DNA from: Selaginella moellendorffii
Lineage: Eukaryota; Plantae; Lycopodiophyta
Direction of reading: 5' to 3'
Assembly (NCBI RefSeq): GCF_000143415.4
Contig: NW_003314272.1
Coordinates: 2,753,728-2,817,727 of the forward strand
Length of the DNA: 64,000 nucleotides
The translations under genes and the position numbers were made by a program. The number at the start of each line of letters is the position of its first letter. The stretch's first letter is position 1. Positions 61,906 through 64,000 of this stretch are shown here, one piece after another. The notes under the pieces are model-generated. The model made no database searches. It had not been told where the DNA came from and saw only the letters and a list, made by a program, of their open reading frames with translations.

Positions 61906-62832
61906 TCATTCCATCACAAAGCTCTCCACAAGCATTAGGTAAGGTTATTTTGTGATTTATAGATTCTTTCTCTTTGGAGACTTATATTTTGAAAGTAAGG
62001 AGTCCAGAGGAAAAACTGCAAGCTCTCAGCCAGGCAAGAAACCTTTCAAACTTTCATTTAAGAGAAACGCTTTGAAAGAGCTAACTTCGCAATTCTAGCG
62101 AATCTCACGACGAATACAGTTGCCAACGATGAATAGAGTTTATCTCGCTAGCTCTCTCAGCCTGCTCTCGTCGCGACCATGGCCACAACGAAGGGTTCGT
62201 GGACAGCGGGTAGAGGCAACGCTTACTTGCAGTAATCGGCGGCCAACTTGGGCTTAGTCATACAGGACGAGATGACCGATGTGCGTGGTGGTGGTGATAA
62301 GAAGTCCAAACTCAATCACGGCAGGAGGTCGCTCGTCTTGGAGGCTGGATCGAACTTCAGAGTTGCCAGTTCTCTGTCTGCGCAGAGACTGAAACAAGTA
62401 AAGTTGAAGGCAAGTACAACCATTATAAGTTAAGCTTGACTCGGTGATCATATGTGGTTCACTTGTTGGTGAGTCAGATCAAAGCAAGCTCACACTTTTT
62501 CCTTTTTGTATTTGCTTGGAGATGTTTGAGGAGTACCATGTACACCTCGGCTCTTTTGGCAAACCGTTATTGAGAGGCTATGTCGCTGATGGCAATGGCG
62601 ACGCGGAGTACGATTCGATTCAAACAACAACAGTAGCCTCCCAAAATCTGTTGATCCCGTGCATTGACGTTCAAACGGATGAAATGGCTTTTTCTCCAGT
62701 CAAGGCAGATCAGTTAGCACATAAAAAATATTTCGAGTATCTTTTAAGCAAGAAAGTTTAAATATATTTCATTCTTCTACATATTTCTTGCGGAAAAAAC
62801 AAGGAATTCATCCCCAAATAAATTTGTTAATT

Positions 62833-63793
62833 TTACAACACTTCTATGATTTTCTTTATGAATTCCTTGGCTAAGAGCATATACGTGTGTTCAGTTGGGT
62901 GTATTATATCCCAAAAGACGTAATCGCTTGGATTCTTGCACAGCCCACTCAATGTATTCTTTTGTGAAAGGCAATTGGGACAACAACCCCCGGAATTCTT
63001 AAATCCAAACCTCTTTGGGTTCTCCACGTATGATTTGATCAAAGAGTAGCCATCCACAAATGTTCCTTTCATCCCTGGAAATCTCTTTGCCACCCCTAAA
63101 ACAATCTCCCGAGCTTGCACATTGAATTCTTCCACCAGATTGTTAATCTCGCTCACACATTTTCCTCCAGAGGTCACAATAGGTGAACATCCTAGTGCCC
63201 CAACACTTGAGTAGACGATCTTTCGAAATCCATACTTGTATAGCTGTTCCAATCCTTTCTCTAATGACATTAACATTGCTTTCAAGTCAACATCAGCAAT
63301 GTTTTGAAGATTCGCCGCAATATCATTCCCAGCAGAAGATATCACAACCACAAAATCATTGAGATTGAGATTTTTCTTGGAGAGCTGCGCGAGCTGCTTT
63401 AGCTGCTCGTTAAACGACACAACGCCCCAGTCCGAGTGAGTAGAGTCGAGTAAGCCACTGCCGTCTGACGCAAAATTAATGCTTGGTGGAAGTTGACTCC
63501 CAGCTTTCAAGCCCAGGAATGGTCTTGAAAAGGGCAAACCTATCGCCTCGTTTATCAGATCTGGAATTATAAACCCATCGCTACACCTCCCGGATGGCTT
63601 GCTAAACCTCGTCTCCCCATATGGCACAAAATCACAACGCGAAACTGAATTCTTCACATATTTGTTTGTGCCCACGTCGAAGATTGAATCTCCCATGTAG
63701 ATAGTTCTGAGTTGAGGAATCGCTCCCATACACGCACACGCAAAGAGCCAAGATCGCAACCACGAACACTAAGATCCTCGACCACTTCGTCAT
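62833..63793 (-). CDS. Intronless GDSL esterase/lipase; signal peptide frameshifted, in-frame ATG at 63729
   Basis: GDSIFDVG, GRCSDG, INFASDGSG, AGND, VFWDIIHPTE. Confidence 0.88.
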
Positions 63794-63948
63794 CTCGCCA
63801 AAACCTTAATATGGCAAAACCTAATGCACAAGCTAATTTATATAGAGTTAGGGAAAAGGAAAAGGTTACTTCATCTAATAAAAGTACCTTTAAATACTTG
63901 AATTAAAACTAAAATTTTAGCCATCAGACAATAATAAACTGAGGCAAG

Positions 63949-64000
63949 ATGGCAGCATTACACCACAAGCTCATCAAAGTTGAGGATCCCTCCCACTTCA
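63949..64000 (+). CDS. 5' start of the probable parent PARP/ART-like gene (runs off the window)
   Basis: MAALHHKLIKVEDPSHF; matches the reverse complement of 60101-60135, which leads into the ART-like fragment. Confidence 0.5.
   Translation, partial: MAALHHKLIKVEDPSHF

Overview
Eukaryotic nuclear DNA from a land plant. Introns of about 50-100 bp, very tight gene spacing, intronless S-motif-rich PLS PPR genes and Tcn1/Tf1-like chromoviruses suggest the lycophyte Selaginella (inference). 1-14.2 kb is a transposon block: a near-intact Ty3/gypsy chromovirus (element A; 361-bp LTRs, CCAAC target-site duplication, self-priming PBS, -1 frameshift signal with pseudoknot) sits inside a degenerate opposite-strand chromovirus (B), next to older fragments of the B family, an (AT)n tract and an approximately 1.1-kb AT-rich foldback. 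15.9-56.6 kb is gene-dense: Yippee-like, CASC3/MLN51, two PPR-E, group I WRKY, PARP1, type-B ARR, VQ, ARG1-like DnaJ, class 3 lipase, AHL, GDAP2 (Macro+CRAL-TRIO), an SD-2-like non-RD kinase spliced to an unrecognised C-terminal domain, tRNA-Ala(AGC), a GPI-anchored AGP and a GIY-YIG-NFU fusion. 57-64 kb is a rearranged accessory region with an orphan spliced gene, two inverted duplications and a head-to-head unit of an intronless GDSL lipase and a PARP/ART-like gene. Exon boundaries were read by eye and some gene ends are approximate.
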